Position numbers and translations under genes: made by a program. A DNA stretch of 64,000 nt from Octopus vulgaris (taxonomy: Eukaryota): the NCBI GenBank assembly GCA_951406725.2, contig OX597816.1, positions 24,738,001-24,802,000 on the forward strand, written 5' to 3'. Under the pieces are notes generated by a model. The model ran no database searches and was not told the DNA's origin. It saw only the letters and a list, made by a program, of their open reading frames with translations. Below are positions 37,795 through 50,648 of this stretch, piece by piece (within the stretch, counting starts at the first letter, position 1; each line of letters begins with the position of its first letter).

Positions 37795-38300
37795 CGTAAA
37801 GTGTACTAGCCATCTGAATGTGGCTAGCCACTGGGGGTGGGGTGTTACTGATGATTTTAGTCCCAGGAGATCAACGTCACCAGCTGGCCTTAGACACAAA
37901 ATTTCAGTGCCCTTGTGTTATTTGCAAAGGGAGGTCATCCTCCCTCGAAAACCTAAGTGATACATACGGACTATAGTTTCAAGGTAATTGCCTTTCGTCA
38001 ACGCATGGTAAACACCGGTTTTCGATGAAGGAGACCTTTGCAAATAATAATATTTAACGTTTTTCACAGCAACCACAGTCACTGATTTAGAAAAACTGTC
38101 TGAAAGCATTAATAAATCTCTGAACGAGATATAAACAGTAACCGCTCGACAACGTAAAGTGTACTAGCCATCTGAATATGGCTAGCCACTGGGGGTGGGG
38201 TGTTACTGATGCTTTTAGCCCCAGGAGATCAACGTCACCAGCTGGCCTTAGACACAAAATTTCAGTGCCCTTGTGTTATTTGCAAAGGGAGGTCATCCTC
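37793..38300 (-). mobile_element. Non-autonomous hammerhead retroelement (retrozyme/Penelope pLTR-like), 358-nt unit x1.4
   Basis: 150-bp direct repeats (37793-37942 and 38151-38300, 3 mismatches seen), internal hammerhead, no credible ORF, (AT)n on both flanks. Confidence 0.75.
37963..38007 (-). ncRNA. Type I minimal hammerhead ribozyme (C3U core variant)
   Basis: CAUGCG-UUGACGA-AAGG caauua CCUU-GAAA-CUAUAG-UC-CGUAUG; stems I, II and palindromic stem III all pair. Confidence 0.8.
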
Positions 38301-38309
38301 ATATATATA

Positions 38310-39160
38310 GGTTTCAGGCCTTGTGCTATCAGCGTATGCAATACCCAATAAATACACTGGACCTGGAGGGATTGCAATCCCAGAGGCATAGTCAGTGCGA
38401 GACCTAGGTATTTACATGAGTAATGATGCAACCTTTCATGTGCATGTTGCTAAATTGGCAATAAAATGTAGGCGGCTGACCGGATGGATTCTTAGAGCTT
38501 TTAGAACAAGAGACCAGGAAACTATGATGGCCCTCTGGAGGACACTTGTCCTAAGCCACTTTAACTATTGCTCTCAGCTATGGTTACCAACCAGTGTCAA
38601 ATTAATTTCAGAACTTGAGGCAATCCAACCAAGCTACACGAAGAAGATAGCCTCTATGCAGCATATAAGCTATTGGGAAAGACTCAAGACATTAAGACTC
38701 TATTTCTTAGAGCGTAGGCGAGAAAGATATGCCATAATATACATCTGGAAGATCCTGGAAGGACTTATCCCAAACTTTTGCCATCGAGAGTTACACAAAT
38801 ACTAGAACTGGGCGCCACTGCATAGTGCCAAGGACTCCAAATTTGCCATCAAAATATAGGACAAGATACTGTGATAGCCTGGGCTTCAGAGGTCCACAAC
38901 TCTTCAATATCCTCCCGAAGGACCTGAGAGACCTGCATGGGGTGTATGTAGGTGTCTTCAAAATAAAGCTGGACTTTTTCCTGTCAGGTGTCCCAGATGA
39001 ACCAACTTCACGACAGGAGGTGCAGATGAGGGCAGCTGCATCGAACTCTCTCCTGCACCAAATGTCAGTTGCTAAAAAGCATTCGTGAAGTAAAATCATG
39101 TAGCAACACCAAATGGCGGTGCCCCACCATGGCCACAGCCCGTGAGCTGAAACTAGATGA
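38310..39160 (+). mobile_element. CR1-group LINE 3' 850 bp
   Basis: RDLGIYMS...LTGWILRAF...YCSQLW.P...SYWERLKTLRLY.LERRRERY.IIYIWKIL; one frameshift. Confidence 0.9.
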
Positions 39161-39423
39161 AAAAACATATATATATATATACACACGTGTGTGTGTGTGT
39201 GAGTAAATCTGTCTGTCTATCTCTTTCTCTCTCTCCTTATCCCCGCGCCTCCCTCTTCTCTCTCTGCCCGGCCCCCCTCTCTCTCTCTCTCTATATATAT
39301 ATATATGAGGGAAAGATGGACAAGAGAGAGAGAGGGGGAGAGAAACTGTTAGAAGAAAAAGAAGCGTGATATCTAGAGACAATGACTGAAAAGTGTTGGA
39401 GGAAGCACCCTGCCACCACCACC

Positions 39424-39470
<47 letters not shown>

Positions 39471-39482
39471 CAGCAGTAATAA

Positions 39483-39540
<58 letters not shown>

Positions 39541-39550
39541 TATAATAATG

Positions 39551-39584
<34 letters not shown>

Positions 39585-39730
39585 GAAGAAGAAGAAGAAG
39601 AAGAAGAAGAAAAGGAAAAAGAAGAAAAGGAAGAACAAGAAAAGGAAGAAGAAGAAAAGGAAAAAGAAGAAGAAAAGGAAGAAGAAGAAGAAAAAAAACA
39701 GCAACACAAACAACAACAACAATAACTTGC

Positions 39731-39801
39731 ATAATTGAACGTTGCTGTCAAAAGAATAAGCGAGAAACATATCTTGGGTATTTTGGCAAAGATAACCTTG
39801 T
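39731..39801 (-). CDS. Candidate exon (QGYLCQNTQDMFLAYSFDSNVQL) with GC donor
   Basis: TTCTGCTTTAG acceptor, GCAAGT donor, 71 nt, phase-compatible with 45521-45625. Confidence 0.3.
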
Positions 39802-40441
39802 CTAAAGCAGAACAATACTTCATTTAACATTGACAATTGTAATCTAAGCATATAACAAGGACACCAGTAATAACATTAATAGCAAAAACAATAACATTGA
39901 GTGAGGTAGAGGCAATGAGTTTAACGTATGATAAAACCACTTGCATGTTCGGAATGCAGTCCTGAATAAGGTGGAGTTAGGAATGTCGTCGACGTTAGAG
40001 TGGCGGATTTTGTTAATCGCAAAATCGGTTGTTCAACGAACGACCACTAATTTAAATGGAGGCTTGACTATCGTCTTAAAAAAAAAACAGCTACATGAGT
40101 AATGACGAGAGAAAAAAACAACAACAACAACAGCAAGAAGAAGAACAAGAACAAGAACAAGAAAAGAAAAGAAAAGAAAAGAAAAGAAAAGAAAAAGAAA
40201 AAGAAAAAAAGAAGAAAAAGAAAAAGAAAAAGAAAAGAAGAAGGAGGAGGAGGAGGAATAATGATAATAATAATAATAATAATGATAATAATAATAATAA
40301 TAATATAATAATAATAATAATAATATAATATTAATAATAATAATAATATTAATAATAATATAATAATAATAATAATAATAATAATATAATAATAATAATA
40401 ATAATATAATAATAATGATAATAATAATAATAATAATAATA

Positions 40442-40581
<140 letters not shown>

Positions 40582-40610
40582 TAATAATAATGATAATAAT
40601 AATAATAATA

Positions 40611-40746
<136 letters not shown>

Positions 40747-40781
40747 TAATAATAATGATAATAATAATAATAATAATAATA

Positions 40782-40915
<134 letters not shown>

Positions 40916-40923
40916 TAATGATA

Positions 40924-40971
<48 letters not shown>

Positions 40972-40973
<2 letters not shown>

Positions 40974-41527
40974 GCCCTGATGCAGTACCGGACAGTGGCT
41001 CTCATGGCTTCTGATCTTAACTGATTGGAAGTGTTATCATGTACATTGTTTTGTCTTGGTATAAAAGATGGGCTACAGCAAATATTCTGCTCAATACCAC
41101 AGATTTGCTTGTCAGTTGTTTGACCTTAACCAGTTGAGCATGTCCCTTAGTGGCTGACGATATGTGCATCTCTGATCACGAGCAGAAGTAGTGGGGGAGC
41201 ATCATAGCCATGTATTGAGAGGGATTCTTTGGGGTTTGAATAATTCACCTCTGGAAACATGGGTGGTTCTTTCAACATCCTTAAACAACCCTTATTCAGG
41301 GACCTTTTGAGCGGGATGGGCTACTCAATCAGAAAAAAATTCTAACTGGGCCCCACCTGCAAGGTCATGTGCTGTTTATCTTGATATGAGATCATCATGT
41401 CGCGCACATATGGTTGTGATGCATGTGCCTGGTGTACCCTTATCAGACGGGTAGTCATGATGGGTATACTGGGCTTCGTATATTTTACCCCAGTGTCACT
41501 TTGATGGCATGCTCTGCTCGCTCACTC
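40972..41527 (+). mobile_element. Non-coding retroelement segment embedded in (AAT)n; 5'-truncated copy at 63330-63545
   Basis: Two copies share the 3' end ...CTCACTCAAT(AAT)n; this copy has (AAT)n on both sides. Confidence 0.65.
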
Positions 41528-41615
<88 letters not shown>

Positions 41616-41629
41616 TAATAATAATAATG

Positions 41630-41717
<88 letters not shown>

Positions 41718-41734
41718 TAATAATAATAATAATA

Positions 41735-41775
<41 letters not shown>

Positions 41776-41822
41776 TAATAATAATAATGATAATAATAAT
41801 AATAATGATAATAATAATAATG

Positions 41823-41949
<127 letters not shown>

Positions 41950-42015
41950 CAACACTACAATTTGTGATGCCTGTTTCGAATATCGTCCTGGATAAGATGG
42001 ACTTAGTAATGTCTA

Positions 42016-42385
42016 CATTACGACGACCCCGTGGTGATCTCATTCTCGCTCACAACATCATAAGCGAAAAGTGTAACCTCTCGAAAGAGCTGTTCTTCAC
42101 TCCTGCTCCAGAACGTGGGCTGCGGGGTCATTCAGAAAAGCTCTATCTACGACGAATTCATCTCAATCGAAGGAGAGGGGCTTTCTCCGTCCGGGTTGCG
42201 GATCCGTGGAATAAGCTGCCGGACGAAATAGTGAAGATGCCGACGACCTCTCGGTTCAAAGTCTCTCTTGACAAGAAATGGCCTGAACTCTTTGTATGGC
42301 CACCCTCCCTGTACATAACTCCCTGTTCCCCTACATGGCCTTGCTTTTGCTTTTTGAGCCAATAAAAATTAAATTGAATTGAATT
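42016..42385 (+). mobile_element. CR1 LINE 3' end
   Basis: RR.RGDLI...LRGHSEKL...RRGAFSVRVADPWNKLP, AATAAA and short (AATTG)-type tail. Confidence 0.85.
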
Positions 42386-42586
42386 GGAGTGGTGGATTTG
42401 TTAATCGCAAAATCAGTTGTTCAAACGACCACTAATTTAAATGGAGGCTTGACTATCGTCCTAAAAAAACAACTACATGAGCAATGACGAGGAAAAAAAA
42501 AACAGCAAATAGAAGAAGAAGAATAAATTCAACACTATAATTTGAGATGTTTGTTTCGAATATCGTCCTGGATAAGATGGAGTTTG

Positions 42587-42998
42587 GGATCTTTTCGGTT
42601 TGAACGGCAGTTTTTTAAAAATAATTTCCGCGTAACTAAACACTTTTAAACTTCGTATACTGGTAGAATGTGTTTATAAAACATCTTTTTCTCTTGGCTT
42701 TATTGAGAAAATTCTATTGTTTGTAAGATATTTGTTGTTTTTTTCTTCAATTTCTGCAATTTCAACCAATCACTGACGTCTATTGAGGTAAAAAAACACA
42801 TTCTGTGCCGTATGAATATGTCCCTCGTTTAAGAAACAGATTGGGTTTATTTACATTTGTGAAGAAAAAAAGATACCCTAACTAACCCTAACCCTAAAAC
42901 AGATTGAAATGCAATAGATCGATTCTAGGGTCATAATTATGGGTGACAATTTCATATGACACCGCTAGAAAAAACTGCCGTTCAAACCGAAAAGATCC
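42587..42998. mobile_element. MITE of the same group with internal (CCCTAA)n
   Basis: TIR GGATCTTTTCGGTTTGAACGGCAGTTTTT, perfect at both ends. Confidence 0.85.
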
Positions 42999-43806
42999 AA
43001 AAAACAACAACAAGAAGAAGAATAAAAACAATACTTCAATTTGAGATGCATGTTTCGAATGTCGTCCTGGATAAGATTGTCTACATTAGGGTGGTGGATT
43101 TTGTTAATCGCAAAATCGGTTGTTCAAAAGACCCCTAATTTAAATGGAACCTTGACTACGGGCCTAAAAAAACAAAAACAAACAAAAAAACATGAGCAAC
43201 GGCGATAACAACAGCAGCAGTGGAGGCGCAATGGCCCAATGGTTAGACCAGCGAACTCGCGGTCGGAGGATCGCGGTTTCGATTCCCAGACCGGGCGTTG
43301 TGTGTGTTTATTGAGCGAAAACACCTAAAGCTCCACGAGGCTCCGACAGGGGGTGGTGGCGACCCCTGTTGTACTCTTTCGCTTCGACTTTCTCTCACTC
43401 TTTCTTCCTGTTTCTTATCCCCGACTTCCTACGCAACCACTGAGCCTGGATGCACATTCATCCATCCGTCGATGCTCTCGGTGTCGGGGGTTGACCTGCT
43501 TTCTCTTCTGCAGGTCTTACGAATAGCAAAGGACCACGTTTCGGACTTCTCCCACTCTGGGACGAAGTCTGCTTCGCTCAACAGCAGCAGCAAGAACAAT
43601 GATAATAATAAATACAGCACAATTTGAGATGCTTGTTAGGAGTGTCGTCTTGAATAAGGTGAAGATATGTATGGGTCAACATGCAATTTACTGTAGTAAA
43701 GAAAGTGAAAGTAAATTGTCCTGAATTGCGACAGAAACCACGACTTTATGACTGAGAGCCCAGTTGCCTAACGATTAGGATACGCGCATTCTTAGCAGAG
43801 CGGTTG

Positions 43807-44880
43807 TACGAGGGAAAGTCAAAAATTATCCGCACTTTCGTCATGGCATATCTTTATTGTTGTCACACTGCCTTCTGCGCATGCGTGCTTATAGTTGGTA
43901 TAATTGTGGTCACGTGATCGAAGTTTGAGCCGGTCGCGCTATTTTTCTTTCTGGCTTTACAGTGTAAGCATGGCCGTTCCACTAGCAATATGCAACAAAG
44001 AAGAACAAAGAGTAGTGATCCGATTTTTCTGGTCGGAAGGTGTGTGTCAGGTGCTGGAATTCATCGGAGGCTTTTAGCATAATATGAAGACAGTGAACTA
44101 CCTATTTCTTTATTACCCACAAGGAGCTAAACATAGAGGGGACAAACAAGGACAGACATAGGTATTAAGTCGATTACATCGACCCCCAGTGTGTAACTGG
44201 TACTTAATTTATCGATCCCGAAAGGATGAAAGGCAAAGTCAACCTCGGCGGAATTTGAACTCACAACGTAACGACAAGCGAAAAACCTATTTCTTTATTA
44301 CCCACAAGGGGCTAAACACAGAGGGGACAAACAAGGACAGACATAGGTATTAAGTCGATTACATCGACCCCAGTGCGTAACTGGTACTTAATTTATCGAC
44401 CCCGAAAGGATGAAAGGCAAAGTCAACCTCGGCGGAATTTGAACTCAGAACGTAACGGCAGACGAAATACGGCTACGCATTTCGCCCGGCGTGCTAACGT
44501 TTCTGCCAGCTCACCGCCTTCAGTGAACTACCGCGTAGAAGTGTGTATGAGTGGATCGAAAATTTTAAAAGTGGCCGGACAAGTGTGACGCACGAGGAGG
44601 GAGCAGGGCACCCGTAAACCTCCACCACTGACGAGAAGATTCACCCACCTCGAGTTCACCATTACCATCTCTCGGATCACTGCTCTTTGTTCTTCTTTGG
44701 CGTACATTGCAAGTCGAGCGGCCATGCTTACATTGTAAAACCTGACAGAAAAAATGGTGCGATCAGGCTCGAACTTCGATCACGTGACCACGGTAGTACC
44801 AACTATAAGCACGCATGCGCAGAAGGCAGTGTGACAATAATAAAGATATGGAGAGAGCGCGGATAATTTTTGACTTCTCC
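43807..44880. mobile_element. Fold-back non-autonomous mariner built from two left ends, with nested SINE
   Basis: TACGAGGGAAAGTCAAAAATTATCCGC at left and its complement at right; about 210-bp inverted arms each include the transposase start (KEEQR.VIR). Confidence 0.82.
44103..44520 (-). mobile_element. tRNA-derived Meta-domain-like SINE (tandem 1.7-mer) with 12-bp TSD; other copies 26060-26265, 28065-28265, 34685-35250, 48524-48755, 53550-53695, 63680-64000
   Basis: GCCTTTCATCCTTTCGGGGTCGATAAA..AGTACCAG central domain; CAGTGAACTACC at 44091 and 44521. Confidence 0.85.
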
Positions 44881-45520
44881 ATATTTTTTTCTAAATATGC
44901 GGAAAAATACGGAGATTATGATTCTGAAAAAAAATTCCAAAAATCTTTGTAAAATTTTTTTAAAGAATTTTTGTTTTCTAAATATGCGGAAAAATACGGA
45001 CATCATGATTCGGACAAAAATTTCAAAACATTTTTATACTTATGGTTACGGTTTTAGAGTTAGGGTTAGGGTCTTTGGGTTAGTGTTGGGGGAAAAAAGT
45101 CAAAATTGAAGTTGGCGGGGAAAGCGGGGAATTTCACAATGCCGATTTTCGGCAATTTTCTGGAACCTCCGTATCCGAAAAACGGGGATTTTGGCAAAAA
45201 AAAAAAAAAAAATACAAAGACAAACAAATTTCGGAGAAAATGGGGTGGGTGGGTGACGGGCGGGAGTCTTTCCATGTTTTGTGTATTGTAGAAGTATTAT
45301 TAATTTTATTGCAAATAAATTTTGGCAACAAAATTTTATAAAGACCCCCAATGGCCATATGGACGGACCCTAGTGGAGAACCGTTGGTTTACAGGAACAT
45401 CGGATAGGGGCCATTAAAGGACCTAAATGTCTCAACCCTCGGACACATCGCAGTGGTGGTGATGGTAATAGCAGTTATGTGATGGCTGCCGTCCTCTAAC
45501 AAAACACAGTAATGTCTTAC

Positions 45521-45625
45521 TGTGTTTTGTTGGAGAATGGATATCTGAGTTCCTTGGACCTTTCTTCATATATATACTGGAGAATATGATCTTGGAAAAT
45601 TTCCAACGTTTCGTTATACAGCAAC
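45521..45625 (-). CDS. Candidate internal exon of an unidentified minus-strand gene (LLYNETLEIFQDHILQYIYEERSKELRYPFSNKT)
   Basis: Unique-sequence island between repeats, TGTCACAG acceptor, GTAAGA donor, 105 nt. Two frames are open and no homology is recognised. Confidence 0.45.
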
Positions 45626-45664
45626 CTGTGACACACAGTAAATGGGAATAAATTATTAGGATAA

Positions 45665-46058
45665 TCTCTCTAAATATATAAAGCTGAAGTTGTCTGTGTA
45701 TGGCAGGTTTGGTAGCCTTCAACTAACACTATCTCCTCCGAGACCCAGCGGCGCAAGTTGACCAAAATCGAAAGTATGATAGAAGAAGGCTTGCTTTTCC
45801 TTCCGTAGAAAAAAAAATCAAATCGGACCATGTTAACACCAAAAATTATTTACATCAAAAAGGTGCTTTTTTTTCTATGAAAATCCCTATTTTTTACGAT
45901 TTTTTGATTGCTGTGCCGCCATTTTTCGGTGTGTTTCAACCAGAAAAATGTTCACTTAAAGAGCATAACAAGTTACATAATGCAAATTTTTTACTTTTCA
46001 AAAATTCCAATTCTAAAGGGTCGAAACAAACCCGAGCAACGCTGGGCGATACTGCTAG
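45665..46058 (+). mobile_element. Non-autonomous Helitron
   Basis: A|TCTCTCTAAATATATAAAG...CCCGAGCAACGCTGGGCGATACTGCTAG|T. Confidence 0.82.
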
Positions 46059-46279
46059 TTTTTGAAAAAATTATTACGATAATTTTTTCAGTTTTGTTTT
46101 TGCGGTTTGCTCGTTTTTTAAAATTTTTTATTTAATGTGTTTTGTCAGAGGAGGGCAGATGTATATGGGATACGAAACCCTAACATCTCGGCTGCTTTCT
46201 CCCAGCACCACGTTTGCTACCTACCCCACGTGATCAGCTATCTGCACTCTATTGGGAATACACTACGTACACTTCACCT

Positions 46280-47479
46280 TTACACATACACTCACACACA
46301 CACACACTGATACACACACATTTATACACACACACATACACACACTTTTACACACGCACGCACATCCATCCTTATATAAACACTCGCAAATACACACAAA
46401 CACTTATACTCAAACACATACACTTATGCACACGCACGCACACCCACCCTTACATACAGACATTTATATACACACACTTGTACACACACACACACTTATA
46501 CACACACACACACACACTTATACACATACACACACGCACACCCACCGTTACACACACATACGCAGACACACCCGCACACACCCTTACACACACATGCATA
46601 CACACTTATACACATACACATACACACACACTTATACACGCATACACACACGCACATACACACACACACACACACGCACATATACATACTCTCTTTCTGT
46701 CTCTCTCTCTCTCTCTATCTCCCGTTTTCCAATACACCCAGTTGACCGCTACGATGCTCTGATGAAGAGGCAGCGTTGATAGAGTGGTGGATGTGGTGGT
46801 GGTGAGAGTAGGAGTGATGGTCGTGGTGGTGGCTTCTTTGCCTTTATCTATTGTATTTTATTTATATTTATTTCCCTCATTTATGTTTCTCCATGGGAAT
46901 TGGGAAAAAAAAGGGAGAACAGAAACAACAATAACAGCAACAACATCAACAACAACACCAACGACATCCCAAATCTGACAAAATAGAAAGGGTGAAGATA
47001 GAGGTGAAGGTGGTGGTGGTAGTAACGGCAATAAGGTGATGTTGTTGTTGTTGTTGGTGGTGGTGGAGGTGGTTATGTTCATGGTTGTTGTTGTTGCGGT
47101 AGTGGTGATGGCGGCGGCGGAGGCGGTGGCTGTGGTGGTGGTGGTGGTGGTGGTGCCCGTGGCGGTGCCCAACGACTGCGTTGTTGCCGTTGGTGCTGGT
47201 GGTGGCGGCGGCGGAGGCGGTGAGGGCAGAGGTGGTGGTGGTGGTGCCCGTGGCGGTGCCCAATGATTGCGTTGTTGCTGTTGGTGGTGCTGGTGGTGGC
47301 GGCGGAGGCGGTGATGGCAGAGGCGGCGGCGGTGGCGGTGGTGGTGGTGGTGGTGGTGGTGGTGGTGGTGGTGGCAGTGGTGGCGCTGGTGGTGCCCAAT
47401 GATTGTGTTGTTGTTACTGATGGTAGTGGCGGTGGTGGTGGTGGTGGTGGTGATGGCGGTGGTGGTGCCCATGATTGTG

Positions 47480-47511
<32 letters not shown>

Positions 47512-47973
47512 AGTAGCCGTGGTTGTTGTTGCTGTTGTTGTTGTTGGTGGTGGTGGTGGAGGGAAGGGGGCTAAATTAAATGATATGTAGGCATTGTCAT
47601 CGAGATTTGGTCTTTAACCTCTAAATAAGTCCTTTGGAGGAGCGAGATACAGGGGATGTGGCGGGAGGTGGTGTGGGGGGGTCAGATGAAGGGGATGATG
47701 AGAAAGGCATTGTTTTTCATGCACGGGTAAGGGGACGTAGGGGGTGGATGTGCTGAGGTGAAAAACAGCGAGTTGATAGGGCACCCCACCCTCCGGTACA
47801 TCTTTAGGGATGTTGAGATCAGAGATGGGGGCAGTGGGGGAAGGAGATACGGATGAGATGTGATGAACATGAAGAGAGGGAGAGTGAGGAGGAGAGGGCG
47901 AGAGACAAAGAGGGAGGGAGACGGAGAAAGAGAAAGAGAGAGAGACAGAGCCAGAGAGTGAGAGAGCTAGAGA

Positions 47974-48010
<37 letters not shown>
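46280..48010. repeat. Degenerate (CA)n; (GGT/GTT/GGC)n minisatellite with GTGCCCAATGATTG spacer; (GA)n
   Basis: Direct inspection; the spacer recurs at about 47165, 47256, 47393 and 47465. Confidence 0.92.
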
Positions 48011-48013
<3 letters not shown>

Positions 48014-48062
48014 GAGGTGTATGGGATACGTAGTGACGATCAGATCAAATATAACATATTTA

Positions 48063-48300
48063 GGGGCCACGTGGCTTAGTGGTTAGGGGTGTTGGATTCA
48101 TGATCGTAAGATTGTGGTTTCGATTCCTGGACCAGGTGACGCGTTGTGTTCTTGAGCAAAACACTTCATTTCACGTTGCTCCAGTCCTTTCAGCTGGCAC
48201 AAATTAGTAATCCTGCGATGGACCAGCGTCCCCTCCAGGTGGGGAATATATAACGCGTTGAAACCGGAAAACCGGGCGTTATAAGTAGGTATGACTCGGT
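48063..48300 (+). mobile_element. tRNA-derived SINE family E; copies 14158-14470, 16840-16990(-), 29078-29267, 33930-34165(-), 35468-35680, 36850-37110
   Basis: TGGCTTAGTGGTTAGG...TTCGATTCC head and CTTGAGCAA.ACACTT.ATTTCACGTTGCTCCAGTCCACTCAGCTGG body. Confidence 0.75.
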
Positions 48301-48975
48301 GAGGGACTTTCCTAGGATCTCTTCAGTTCGGATCGAGGCTATAGTAGAAGACACTTGCCCAAGGTGCTACGCAGTGGGACTGAACCCGGAACCATGTGGT
48401 TGGTAAGCAAGCTACTTACCACACAGCCACTCCTACGCCTAAATTATTGATTCCAGTATATGACTGGTACCCCCAAAAAGTGAAAGTGAAAGGCAGAGTT
48501 AATCCCTGGCCCAAGTTTAAATCTGGCGAGCTGGCAGAAACGTTAGCAAGCCGGGCGAAATGCTTTGTAGTATTTCGTCCGCCGCTGCGTTCTGAGTTCA
48601 AATTCCGCCGAGGTCGACTTTGCCTTTCATCCTTTCGGGGTCGATAAATTAAGTACCAGTTACGCACGGGGGTCGATGTAATCGACTTAATCCCTTTGTC
48701 TGTCCTTGTTTGTGCCCTCTATGCTTAGCCCCTTGTGGGCAATAAAGAAATAAGTATGTCAGGTTTTCTGTTTAGATACTTTTTGCGCCTGCTATTTTAT
48801 AAGTCTATGCATGGGCGTAGAAGTGGCTGTGTGGTAAGTAGCTTGCTTACCAAACACATGGTCCCGGGTTCAGTCCCACTGCGTGGCACCTTGGGCAAGT
48901 GTCTTCTACTATTGCCTCGGACCGACCAAAGCCTTGTGAGTGGATTTAGTAGACGGAAACTGAAAGAAGCCCGTC

Positions 48976-49023
<48 letters not shown>

Positions 49024-49388
49024 GTGTGTTTGTGTGTATGTGTTTGTCCCCCTAGCATTGCTTGACAACCGATGCTGGTGTGTTTATGTCCCCGTTACTT
49101 AGCGGTTCGGCAAAAAAGACCGATAGAATAAGTACTGGGCTTACAAAAGAATAAGTCCCGGGGTCGAGTTGCTCGACTAAAGGCGGTGCTCCAGCATGAC
49201 CACAGTCAAATGACTGAAACAAGTAAAAGAGTAAAGAGTAAAGGGGGTACGGTCCATGATCTTTACCTCAACCGACAGAACGAATAATGCCAGACTCGTC
49301 GACATGTCACTGTTTAGATAAAAAGTTAATTTATTTATAGATTAATTAAACATTAATCAATGTCATCTTTGCAGGTATATTTTCTTAC

Positions 49389-49412
49389 CTGACTCCCATG
49401 TCACAGGTTTCA
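49389..49412 (-). CDS. Candidate 24-nt micro-exon (ETCDMGV)
   Basis: CAG|GTAAGA donor; CTAG acceptor after a (TG)n tract; frame-preserving. Confidence 0.27.
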
Positions 49413-49417
49413 CTAGC

Positions 49418-49428
49418 GCACGCACACA

Positions 49429-49468
<40 letters not shown>

Positions 49469-49506
49469 CTCTCAATCAACTACTTATCGTGAATAAAAGG
49501 GCAAGA

Positions 49507-49562
<56 letters not shown>

Positions 49563-49681
49563 AGCGGCGGCTACGGCCGCTACCACCACCACCACCACCG
49601 CCGCCGCCACTACCACAACTGCTGCTACTACTACTACTACAACTGCTGCTGCTGCTACTACTACTACTACTGCTGCTGCTA

Positions 49682-49757
<76 letters not shown>

Positions 49758-49825
49758 AACAACTGCTGCTGCTACTACTACTACTACTGCTGCTGCTACT
49801 ACTACTACTACAACAACTGCTGCTG

Positions 49826-49860
<35 letters not shown>

Positions 49861-49864
49861 GCTG

Positions 49865-49896
<32 letters not shown>

Positions 49897-49920
49897 GCAG
49901 CTGCTGCTGCTGCTACCACT
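49418..49920. repeat. (CA)n and compound (ACT/GCT)n microsatellite
   Basis: Direct inspection. Confidence 0.95.
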
Positions 49921-50239
49921 GAGTCGTAATGTTTCTAATTTAGGCACAAAAGGCCAGTAGTTCAGAGGCAAAAAAGGTTAGTCAAACTATTGATTCCAGT
50001 ATATGACTGGTACCCCGTTGTTTCGACTTCAAAAAGGTGAAAGGCAGAGTTGATCCCTGGCCCAAGTTTGAATCTAGGACGTAGAGATCCGGAAGAGATA
50101 ACACAAAGCATTTTATCCGACACTCTGCCACAGAACCATTGGATTGCGTTGTAATAGCAAAAATGGTTTTATTGGTCACAAGGGCACACCGATGAAGACC
50201 ATTGCAAAGACGCAAAGCACAAAACAGATCACTCAGGAC

Positions 50240-50476
50240 AAGGTTAAAGGATGCCGTACTACTCTTATGGTGAACATTTGTTTTCATTTTCCTAGATTAC
50301 TGCTGCTAACTGTGGTCGCCACAAATCGTTAAACTAAAAGCGGAAGTCGAGGCAATCGAACGCCTCTCCACAAAGAAGATTGATTCAGTGCAACAAATGA
50401 GCTACTAGGAGAGGCTAAACAAATTGATACTCAACTCCCAAAAGGGATGACACGAAAGATATGCAGTTGTATATAT

Positions 50477-50542
<66 letters not shown>

Positions 50543-50610
50543 GAAGACACTTGCCCAACGTGCCATATATATATATATATATATATATAGTAGAAGACAC
50601 TTGCCCAACG

Positions 50611-50648
<38 letters not shown>

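Noticed and set aside
37880-37942. SECIS-like AUGA...AAA...UGA on the minus strand of the retrozyme repeat
   Set aside because: Helix II pairs poorly next to the quartet, the 3.8-kb relative lacks the motif, and there is no ORF.
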